Positions 30,101 to 43,734 of a stretch of 64,000 nucleotides of DNA are shown here, one piece after another. The DNA comes from the human T2T-CHM13v2.0 reference genome, Homo sapiens. How positions within the stretch are numbered: position 1 is the first letter of the stretch; every line of letters begins with the position of its first letter. A program made the position numbers and the translations under genes. The notes below the pieces were generated by a model. That model saw only the letters and a program-made list of their open reading frames with translations, was not told the origin of the DNA and did no database searches. The stretch lies in assembly GCF_009914755.1 (NCBI RefSeq), contig NC_060940.1, one strand, 5' to 3'.

Positions 30101-31099
30101 ATCCGCCCTGGGTGCTCTTCAAGGCCGGTGCCCCTGCACAGTGCCAGCCCCGCGGGGCATGGCTCACCTTCCCCTGCCTCCACACAGCTTTGCCCACTCC
30201 TGTAAGTGTCTTAATTAAGGAGCTGTGCAGTTTATTTATGTATGGACCCAGCCTAATTGGTGTGTTTGTCTTTCCTCGTTATTCCCAGCTGGACAGAGCC
30301 GTTTGAACAACAAATGCAAAAAGCCTGGATCTCTCCACCGCAGTGTCTATTTTTGCAAACCTGCTTGGTGCCCCTGCTATTAGCTGCATGCACATGTTTC
30401 CCGGCTCCAGCCACATGCCCGTAAGCACTTAATTGTGGGTGCAGTTAGTCAAGGCGGGCGGCTCTCTGCAGATTTCAGGGGTGAGGGAACCTAATTACAC
30501 CTGCAATTGAGTGCTTTAGCAGGGACAAAAGCTGCCTGTTCAGCTAATTGCAGGCACCAAAATTGCCCCCACAGAAAGAATCCCTGGTACAGGCTTTTCG
30601 AGCCAAGGCTATGAGTTGTAATAAAGAATGGATAACTCGAAATTATAACGGTGGGGGGTGCTTGTTTTGGCCTAAAGGATTCAGCTTTTTGCAATAGTCA
30701 TTACACCTCTGGGTTGTTTTTCTCCACTGTTGGAGGCCGTTCTGTGGCTGGGTTTGTTTTTTCATTAGCGCCTGCGTTCACACAGAGACATGTCACGTTG
30801 AAGGGAAATTTGGGGTTAATCACCTCCTCTCACCTATCTGCTCACTGACTAGAGTGATTCACCAGGCTCACCCAGAACAGGCGGATGGCTGCCCTGTCCC
30901 CTCCCTGAAGTCCTTAGTCCAGTGTGTTCATTTAGTTAGTTTGCTACTGAGCTCCCATGTGGGCAGGGCATTGCTCTAGGGGTCATGGCAGGGAACAAAG
31001 GAGAGTCCTGGCCCTCGTGGGGCCTGTGACCTGGTGAGAGGTTAGACTGTGCCGCTTCTCTTGTTATGATTTCCTCTTCTCTGCAGACAGCTGCAGGCT

Positions 31100-31740
31100 C
31101 GTCTTTTATTTTATATCGAAGTCAGCAGGGTTGTTGTACAGGTGCCTATAATTCCAGCTTCCAAAGTCACTGCAGGTCTGCTTCTGTCAGCTGTTGTGGC
31201 TGCTGATTCTCGACTGGGAAGTGTGGTTTGTTGTTTGCCTGGTTATTTTTGATTGTGTACAGCTCATTGTATATGAAACATTTTTGTAGGCATACTTTGA
31301 AGCCCAGAAGGAAGGTGCTTTCCTTCAGGAGGACGTACACGTCTGGTAGGTGCCTAGAGACAGGGCTTTGGACCCCCTTCATCCAGTTCAGGCCTTGATG
31401 TTCAATGGGCAGCACTAGAGATTCCACCCTGCCTGTCCTTTCACACAGGGGCTGGTCAAGTTGCCCTTCACTCACACGGAATAGGTAGTTCTTTGGAGTC
31501 CCAGCTTATTGTGGGGAGGGTCTCCTATCGGATCCCCAACTTGTGCAAAGTGCCTGAGGCTTGGCTTTGTGTTCCCCTTGACCCTCAAGGCCATAAAAAC
31601 AGAAATTCAAATTTGCTAGGACCTGTAGATGCCCTTGGGGCAAATGTGGCCTCTGAGCTAGGTCAGCTTGAGGATTTCCTATTTCCATTCCTTTTGGCAT
31701 GGTGATCCCTTCTAGTCTTGACAGCTCTTTGGTGCTGGAG
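31100..31740 (-). mobile_element. Ancient L1-related fragment (HAL1/L1M-like)
   Basis: ataattcca..ggtctgcttctgt..tgcctggttatttttgattgtg..ctttgaagcccagaaggaaggtgctttccttcag resembles recalled HAL1/L1ME sequence. Confidence 0.4.
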
Positions 31741-31744
31741 GTAC

Positions 31745-32039
<295 letters not shown>

Positions 32040-34052
32040 TTATCTAGTTTTTTTGGGTTGGTTTTACTGGCCATTATGAGACATTCAGGCCACTTCGCCA
32101 AGCAGGGTGGTGTGGCGGGGATGGGGGTAGGGGCAGAGACAGAGCCTGAGAGGAGGGTCTGGGGGCTGTGCTCGACAGGGAGAATGGTGGGGAGCAGCAG
32201 GCATTTTGTCCAGCGCAGTCAGGGTGGGAGTAGGCAGCTGCATGGAATGTTCAGGAGGAGACCAGCATGGAGGAAGAGTCTAGAAGCCATCCAGGGAGGC
32301 TGATAGGCCAAGGCTGGGATGGTGAGAGCTGACCACCTGGGGGTTCCCCGGGAGGGCTGCCAGCTGCAAGAGGACAGCTTGAGTTGGGGGTGACCGAGAC
32401 ACAGTCAACAAAGAGTGCCAGGCCCTAGTCTAGGGCCTTCCCGAGGGACTTTCTCCACTGTGCCCTGCCAGAGGCGGAGCCTGGGTACCCGGAGGAAGCC
32501 ACACAGCAGCCACCTGGCTGGCACAGGCCTCACTGTCCTGACCGTGTCCCCACTGCCCCAGCTGAGCTCCTGGGCCAAGTGAAAACCCTTTTCTAAGTCC
32601 GGCTGGTGGGAAAGTCTCACCTGGGGGCCCACACTGTCCCCCACTTCTTGCCCAGCAGACCCCTGCCAGCCACTCCGTGGACAAGGCAGGGCCACGGGCA
32701 CATCACAGAGGGTTCGCTTCTGTGCCTGGGATCAGAGTGGGCCTGAGGTCCTGTTTCTGAGTTGTCACATAAGAGGCAAAGCCACGGGGCACGGTGAAGG
32801 GCTGTCTGGAGGACAGAGCGGCAGGGATGGTGTTGATGAGCAGTACAGGGGGAAGGGGCCCTGCATGGCACAGAACATTCCACATGCGTGTACTCTGTCA
32901 GGGGCCACGTCCCTGCCTCGCTGCTTGTCCTTGGTGTGACCTTGGGCTGACTTTCTCCATCTGCAGAAGGGGAGAGCAGTCTCCCTCCCCAGCACTGGGA
33001 ACGGGCTGAGCATGAGGGAAGGCTGTCTGGGCATCAGGGGAGTTGTGAAGTTTGGAGATGTGTGGTTTTCAAAATGCATCCTTGCCCTCGGGGTAGAGAA
33101 GGCAGTATAAAGGGTGGGAGGCCCAGAAGACATCAGTCATTTCAGGGTTTTATTAGGGCAGGCCTCTGCCTTCAGCTGCCCTGCCCCACCCCCACCCCAT
33201 CCGGTTTTGACCTTCTGGGTTGGAGGAGGGGGAGCCCGCTCTGCGTGTGATTGTGTGTGTGCATGTTGGAATTTGTAGAGTCAGGGCTGGGATGCGGGGA
33301 GGGTGTGAACCCACATTTGGATCAGCAGGCGAAGGCGGGGAGCAGGCTGCACAGGGCAGCTTTCTCTTTGGAAACCCGTTCTGTTTCTTAAATGTCAGAG
33401 TGAGCAGATGGTGTGTCTGAGTTTTATTAATCATGGGCTTACCGAGCTGGAGGGCCTGGGGGATCATTTCGTCCAAGTGTCCTACAGAGGAGGAGACTGA
33501 AGGCCAGAGCCACACTGCACCTGCCACAGGGGCAGAACCGTGCTGGGACCCAGCATCCTCTCCCACACCCATAAGCCTCCGCTGTGCAGAACTTAACAGG
33601 TGTGTCTCGCTCTGCCCAGGCGCAGCAAGCCTACCTCCCAATGAAGAGCTGAAGCGGAGATGCTTCTGGGTTGCTCCACCCCACAAACAACCGGAAAGGC
33701 TGTCTTTGGGACACATGGGTTGGGACTGTGACTGCTAACTAAGAGTGCTCTGGCCTTGGTGCTGTGTTCAGCTCAGCACAAGCTAGCGTTTGCTGTATGA
33801 GACTGATGGTCGTGAAGCCCGGGGGACTGTCCACACAGCACCTGGTTTGTGGGTGGCCCTGCTGGCCCCACCTCTTCACCATGATACTTGTGAGTCACAT
33901 GACCTCCTCCCAAGTCCAGCACCAGGCTGGGGCTTCTCCCTCCCTGCAGCAGCTGCTGCAATACAGGGTACTCGGTAGTTTCCCTCATTACATGACCTGA
34001 GAAATGGAAGCCACTGTTTTTAGCGTAAATGCCCTTAAGAATGTCTCCTTGT

Positions 34053-34336
34053 AGCCGGGCGTGGTGGCTCATGCCTGTAATCCCAGCACTTTGGGAGGCC
34101 AAGGTGGGTAGATCATGAGTTCAGGAGTTCAAGACCAGCCTGACCAACATGGTGAAACTCCATCTCTACTAAAAATACAAAAATTAGCCAGGTGCAGTGG
34201 CAGGCGCCTGTAGGAGGCTGAGGCAGGAGAATTGCTTGATCCCAGAAGGCAGAGCTTACAGTGAGCCGAGATTGTGCCATGCACTCCAGCCTGGGCGACA
34301 GAGCAAGACTCCATCTCAAAAAAAAAAAAAAAAAAA
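34053..34336 (+). mobile_element. AluS (Sg-like), internal deletion
   Basis: Dimer with poly(A); TSD-like gtctcctt on both sides. Confidence 0.93.
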
Positions 34337-34882
34337 GTCTCCTTTGCCTTGCTTTTCCCAAATATATCCTATAGCTGTTCCAGGGGCTAGGAGATGGACC
34401 CAACCGGACATAGCCTGGATTCTATAGAGATAGCAGAGGGAAGGCTAAGTCATACTACAGTGTGAATGATTAATAGTAGATATTTCTTTTCAGAGCAGGT
34501 TTTGTTTAGGTTGGGGAGAAAGAGGACTGCAGAGAAAAGGGATAAACACTGAGATGCCAGAGGCACCAGGGTTGCCCACCCCATAGAGTCCACACCCCAT
34601 TCCCCATGTTTTTTGCATGAGCCCTGCTGGGGGGCAGGCCCTGGGTCCCTTCCCTTCTGATCCTGTTGTCCTGAGTCACAAGCTTATCCCTGTCTTGGAA
34701 CCATTGGTTCTAAGCAGCACTGGAGAATCTGAGACAGCTGGAAGACCAGAGCACCCCATTCAGCCCCTCTAAATTTGTATGTGGTAAAGCTGGGGCCAAG
34801 AGAGGGCAGCTGTTGGCTCAAGGCCAGCCATAGTAGGAGGTCTAAAACTTGTGTCACCCAGCGTGCTGGCTGGATTATTTAG

Positions 34883-35399
<517 letters not shown>

Positions 35400-36634
35400 A
35401 GCTGTGCCCATGCTTTGTAAGTGCCAGGACAGAGGAGCCATTCTACTGAATACCCCATGCTGGGGACACATCGAGAATTCCCCCATCAGTTCAGGCATGA
35501 CCCGCTGGAGGGCAAGTAAAGGACAGCTCAGGCCACGGGGACAGTCCAGAAAGAGCAGGCGAGGAAGAGCAATAGGAAAGGAAGTGGCTGGGGCTGACTC
35601 CAGATTTCTTTGCAAGGTAAAGGCAGAGAAGGACACAGAGGGCCCTCGGGCATCCCACTCTGGTCTGTCGCACTAAAAAGCTCGCACCCAGCATGAGGGG
35701 AAAGACAGGGATGAAGCCGCTCATAGAAACCACATCTTGTTGGCCAGAGGGCTACATGGACCTGAACCAGTTAGGCCCAGGAGGAGACAGCGAGATCTGC
35801 GTGTCATCCACAAATGGGGAATTAACAACCCTGGCAGTGACTTCTTGTCCAGCAGACCCCAGCAGCGGACAGTGGGAAGGGCTGTTCGCAATGCCTGTTT
35901 TCCTGGAGCAGGGCCTCGCCTGGTCTCTGGAGTGCCTGGGGAGAAGAAAGCCTTGTCGGTTTGCCCCCAGGCAGCAGAACAGGACCGCGGCCGGAGCAGG
36001 ATGTGAGGAGGCCAGCCGTGCCCGCGCTGTCACGGTGTCCACAGATGGTGTGTGAGCCACTGGTTCAGGGACTGCAGAGTCGCATTTATTCCCATATTTC
36101 TCCTCCCCTCGGGAGACCTCCGTGGTGCCTTCCAACAGCTCTTGCCAGGCCCCCATTGGCTCTGCACAATGCAGAATGTGGACAACCAGGGCTGTCTGAG
36201 ATTACCAATGGACTCCCTCCAAAAGTGGCCCGTCTGCGTCCCAGGAGGCGTTCCGAGGACAGGCAGAGGGTCCCTTCACAGGGATGAGCTATGTGGCCTG
36301 GGCAGTCCCCAACACAGTCGCTGTCTGATTTCTCTGGCATCTCCGTAGTCATAGGAAGGAAGGCCTTTTGTCATATTGCTGCCTCTATCTTGTAAAACCA
36401 TTATTTTAAAGAGTTCCCAAATACTGAGCTTGCTGGCAGCTTGCTCCAGGGGCAGCCCCAAAATGGAGGTCGGACACACAGTTCTGCATGTAGACTGCAG
36501 ATGCGGTGTTCTTGCCCTTCCTGTTTTTTGTTTGTTTTGCTTTTAATTAAGAAGGGTTTCTGGGTAAAGCGTCTTTGCCAGCTCCTACCACAGAGAGATG
36601 AGAGAGTTGAAAATACAGGGCCTGGCTTCCGACT

Positions 36635-37191
<557 letters not shown>

Positions 37192-37491
37192 ATTAGTTTT
37201 TTATTTTTCTTGAGACAGTCTAGCTCTGTTGCCCAGGCTAGAGTACAGTGGCCCGATCTCAGCTCACTGCACCTTCCGCCTCCCGGGTTCAAGCAATTCT
37301 AGTGCCTCAGCCTCCTGAGTAGCTGGGATTACAGACGTGCGCCACTGTGCCCAGCTAATTTTAGTATTTCTTAGTAGAGATGGGGTTTCACCATGTTGGC
37401 CAGGCTGGTCTCGAACTTGTGGCCTAAGTGATCCACCCGCCTCAGCCTCTCAAAGTGCTGGGGTTACAGGCATGAGCCACCCCGCCCGGCC
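37192..37491 (-). mobile_element. AluS
   Basis: Full antisense dimer. Confidence 0.93.
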
Positions 37492-38705
37492 TGTGTTGTT
37501 AGTTAAACTCACACAAGCCCCCGTAACAAAGAGGCTCAACCTCTCAGGGGTGCATTATATTAGAAGTTGTACAGTAGATATTTATTTCTCAAGGACACAC
37601 CCATATAATGTAGGATTGGTGGGGAGCCAGAACAGGGGCCTCTGCCCTGAGCATCATTTGGGGAGTTGATGGAGGTGTTGCTGGCTTCAGTATCTGTACT
37701 CAGAGTCATCCTGGGAGAAGGTATTCATAACAAAGACCTAGGAAGAGAAAAACAGAGGCTCGCACAGGCAGCTCTTCCGGGCCAGGCCTGGACGCGGCCA
37801 GTGATTCCTTCTCCCACATTCTCTTGGCCAGAACTTGGTCACCTGGCCCCACCCAATTGCCCTAGAGGCTGGGATGAAAGGGCATGGCTTGGTAAGAAGC
37901 TGGCCACCAGGGATTCTTGTCGTTACTGTCACCCCTGGCCCTGTGGGGCCTGAAGGTGTGCCCAAGGCCAGCAGTTAGAGGTAGATCCTCAGGAAGGCTG
38001 GCGGGCCACTTCCCCGGGCAGATGGCCACGTCCGATGATCTCCGGGGGCCAGGCTTCCACCCAAAGCCTGGCTGGTAAATGTGTGTCACGAGGGAGTGAG
38101 ATGAGACGGCGGGCAGGTCCCAGTGGAGTGTGGACGTGAGTTTTGTGGAGGGCGGGCAGCCTCACCACACCCCTGTCCAGGGCCTCAGGACACTTTATCT
38201 CAATCTCAGTCCCTGTGACACACCTGAAGGATGGCTTGACCCAGCTGTGGCCCAAGGCATGCGGCTTCCAGACTTGGACAATGCCCAGAGCTTCCCAGGG
38301 CTGGTGGGACAGAGGGCATTTGATAGAAGTGACAGGATGTATTAGCTTCCTGTGGCTGCTATAACAAATTACTGCAAACTGGGTGGCAGCTTAAAACAAC
38401 AGAAATGTATTCTCTCACGGAATGAAACTGAAATCCATGTGTCAGCGGGGCCATGCTCCCTCTGGAGGCTCCTTCCTGCCTCTTCCAGCACCCGGGGAAT
38501 CCAGACATCCCTCGGCTTGTGGCCATATCACGCCAATTTCTGCCTCTATTTTCACGTGGCCATCTCTCCTGTGTGTCTTGTCTTTTGTCTGTTCCTCTTT
38601 TAAAAAACATGTTTTTGGGGTAATGTGATAGTTTAATAAATTTATATAATTAATGTATAATTTAATACATTTGTATAATTAGTACAGATCAAACCAGTAT
38701 ACTGG

Positions 38706-39004
<299 letters not shown>

Positions 39005-39052
39005 TCAGTGTACTTGGTATATTTTTCTTTTCTTTATTCTAGAAATATTTGA

Positions 39053-39377
39053 GGCCGGGCGAGGTGGCTCATGCCTGTAATCCCAGGACTTTGGGAGGCC
39101 GAGGCGGGCGGATCACGAGGTCAGGATATCGAGACCATCCTGGCCAACATGGTGAAACGCTGTCTCTACTAAAAATACCAAAAAAATTAGCTGGGCGTGG
39201 TGGCGCATGCCTGTAATGCCAGCTACTCTGGAGGCTGAGGCAGGAGAATCACTTGAACCAGGGAGTCAGAGGTTGCAGTGAGCCAAGATTGAGCCACAGC
39301 ACTCCAGCCTGGTGACAGAGTGAGACTCTTTCTCAAAAAAAAAAAAAAAAAAAGAAAGAAAGAAAGAAAGAAAGAAA
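39053..39377 (+). mobile_element. AluSc with A/(AAAG)n tail
   Basis: gatcacgaggtcagga.atcgagaccatcctggccaacatgg; cagcctggtgacag; TSD agaaatatt.ga. Confidence 0.93.
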
Positions 39378-39772
39378 TATTCGAATTATTCTAGCTATTT
39401 TGAAGTGTACAATAGATTATTATAAACTATAGTCACCCTACTGATCTATAGAACACTAGGTCTTCTTTTTTTTTTTTAAACTAGGTCTTATTTCTATCTA
39501 ATTGTATATTTGCACCCATTAATCAACTTCTCTTCTGCCCTCCCGCCTCTGTCATCATGAGATCCACTTTCTTAGTTCCCACATATTAGTGAGATCATGC
39601 AGTGTTTGCCTTTCTATGTCTGGCCTATTTCATTTAACGTAAGAATCTCCAATTCCACACGTGTTGCTGCAAATGACAGGGTTTCATTCTTTTTTACGGG
39701 TGAGTAGTATTCCATTGCGTGTAGGTACCACATTCTCTAGATTCCTTCGTCCGTGTTGGACACCGAGGTTGA

Positions 39773-40193
<421 letters not shown>

Positions 40194-40267
40194 TGGAGAT
40201 TCTTAATTGCATCTTCACAGATTCTTTCTAAATAAGGCCACATTCACAGGTACCAAGCAGACATATC

Positions 40268-40584
<317 letters not shown>

Positions 40585-40899
40585 ATGTAGACATCACTTT
40601 TGGCAGATTACCATTCTGCCTGCTGCACAGGGGCAGGCTGGGGATGCCTCGGTCCCAGGATCCTGGTTAGATGCTCTGAGAGGAGACAGCACCCGTGGGT
40701 GGGGTGTGCCCTGTAGCTCCCACCAAGCAAAGGTAAAAACAAAACCTGGATATGCAGAAGTCACCATGAGGTGTGACCGCACAGAGGTTCCCTTTTTTCT
40801 TTCAACCTCAGACTGGCTTGAGACTTGGAATGTTCATAGACGGTCCAGGGACCTAAGGACTAGAGCCGGACAGAAAGAGAAAGAGGGTGTGTCCTCTCC

Positions 40900-41570
40900 C
40901 TGTATGCCCTTGCCCTTGCTGAGCGACTTCACTTCTCTGGGCCTCAGCATCTTCATGCACAAAAGTGGGTGATGGTCACTGTGGTGCCCATCTCAAGGGG
41001 AGGGGATGCTGGGGCAGGTCGTAAGTAAGATGACATCGTAGGAAAGCAGGCATTGTGGAGCCCCAGTGCACTAAGGCCCCATCAGTGGGAGCTGCTATTA
41101 GCATTATTACCACTGTTATCTGAAACACAGGACTAATGGCTGCTCTGCTCATGGAGTCTCTGTGTGCCAGGCACCGGTGTGATTACACGTATCTTCCTGG
41201 AGTGCAGGGGTGATTCGCCTCATTTTCCAGGTAAGGAAACTGAGGGTCAAAATGTTAATGTCACTGCCCGAGGGCACACAGAGGGTGGGGGCGAGACGGA
41301 ATTTGAAGTCTGACTGCAAACCTTTGCCGATGGTAATGAACATGCACTCTGGAGCCAGCTTGGGTTCCAACCCCAGCTCTGCCACCCACTGGCTGTGTGT
41401 CCTTGGGCAAGCTGCTCGACCTCTCTGTTCTTCATCTGGAAAATGGAACTCATGGTGACCTTGAACCAGATTGTCACGAGGATCCAATGCGCTATCCAGG
41501 AAAAGTGCTTAGAACAGCAGCTGGCACAGACTGAGCAGGCGGGAAGCATCAGCTGGTATTATTACCCTAA
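40900..41570. mobile_element. MIR cluster (plus ~40900-41110, minus ~41120-41320, plus ~41325-41570)
   Basis: cattttccaggtaaggaaactgagg (minus); ctggagccag..tgggttccaaccccagctctgccac..ccttgggcaag (plus). Confidence 0.7.
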
Positions 41571-43122
41571 AGAGGGAAACGGAGGCTGCCCACCCGAGAA
41601 CAGACGGGGCATTCCAGGTTAGCCACGCAGCTTCCCCGCCCCTCCCTTTCCTGGAATTTGGGGAGCAGTGCCTCTCTCCAGAGGGGGGGGTTGTGGCCTG
41701 GTCCTGGGGGGCCACCAGATGCCAGTGGGCACAGCTCCCAGCCGAGGCACCCCGCCGCCTGCACTCCAGACCCCAGCCTGCAGCCTCAGTTTTCCCAGCA
41801 CGTGCTGGGAGGCTATTTTTATTGCTCTCAGCTGACTCTCTTGGCCAGCTAGGCTGTCTCCGTGCTGTGGCAAAGACAGCCCCGCTAGAGGGAGTCTGGG
41901 GACCCTCCATTTTGAAGGTGCAGCTGGTGTTGGGTGGGGGGCTGCATCTTCAGATTGGGGATCCGGCGGGCCGCATGCCGCCTCCTGGGAAGCAGCCCAG
42001 CAGCCCCCAGCTTGTTTTCTCCCATTGAGAGATGAAGCAGTTTTCTCTCTTTTTCTGCTGTGTCCAGAACATGGCCCTGCGCTGTTGGGGCCCATTCTTC
42101 CCTCTGACCTTGGGTGGGTGTGCAGCGTGGGCAGGGCTTTTTCAGGGAGGTGCGGGGTGAGTTTGCCCCTTGGCGTCCCCAGTCTTTAACAAGGGCTACC
42201 TGGAGGCTCAGGTCTGGGTGGTCCAGCCTGCCCAGTTTCCTACCTCTTTTCCATAAATGTCTGACTCCTCCCCAGCGGTGAGCTGAGGGATGGGGACAGA
42301 GAGCATTGCCACCACCAGGCTTTTCCGGAGAAGTGTGGGTGGAGAGAGACAGAGACATCCTTTCCTTGGACAGAATCCCTCTGGTGTGAAGTCTTACGAA
42401 GAGCGCTGCCCTTCTCACATGGGCACCTGGCAGTCTGTCCTGGTGTGGCCTAGACTGGTGGCCCCTGTCACCCCTAGCCAGGCCATAGGCACCCTCAGAG
42501 GCAGGGGTGCTGCAGCTCCCCTGGGAATGAATGGCTGTAGTGATGGGTTCCAAAAGCCACAGCCAAGCCACAAGGGACAGTGGGAACGGGAAAATCCTTC
42601 CCGCTACCCCGTTCAGCCACACTGTGGCAAACAACCGGGCCGTTCAATGGAAGGCCGCCCGGGAGGCTCACGGCGGGGCACGGTGGGGTTGCTTTCTGTT
42701 TCTCAGCTGTTTCGGCATCAGGTCGGCAGCTGTGGTGTAACCACCCTCCCATAGTGGGTCTCATATTTTCCTCCCTTACAAAGGTCCCTGTCACCAGGAA
42801 ATGTCACTAACCTACTTTGAGACGCCCAGATCCAGGGCCAAAGGAGGCTGGGCTATCGCTAGAATTTTACAGCTCTCCTTCCCGAGGATGTGGCTAAAAG
42901 CAATTAGGGCTTGGCCTGAGCATTTTAAGGTAATTCGATGCAGGCATTCAAATACTTATTAGAGGGAGATGTTTACCTTTGACTAGGAAGCAAAGATCAG
43001 CCAGGAGCTGGCCCACCGGCATGCCCACTCTTCTCTGGCCCTCTCCTTCCTGGTCTGGCCTACCCACCGCCAGCCAGGCCTGGGGAGCTCTCCAAGCCCC
43101 TGCTTCGCCTCCGTGCACTCAA

Positions 43123-43430
43123 TTTCTTTCTTTCTTTTTTTTTTTTCTTTGAGACGGAGTCTCGCTCTGTCGCCCAGGCTGGAGTGCAGTGGTGCGATCT
43201 TGGCTCACTGCAAGCTCCGCCTTCAGGGTTCACACCATTCTCTTGCCTCAGCCTCCCCAGAAGCTGGGACTACAGGTGCCCACCACCACACCCAGCTAAT
43301 TTTTTGTATTTTTAGTAGAGACGGGGTTTCACCGTGCTAGCCAGAATGGTCTCGATCTCCTGACCTCGTGATCCGTCCGCCTCGGCCTCCCAAAGTGCTG
43401 GGATTACAGGCGTGAACCACCGCACCCGCC
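43123..43430 (-). mobile_element. AluY
   Basis: gcaagctccgcc..ggttcacaccattctc; gtctcgatctcctgacctcgtgatcc. Confidence 0.93.
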
Positions 43431-43434
43431 CCTC

Positions 43435-43734
<300 letters not shown>

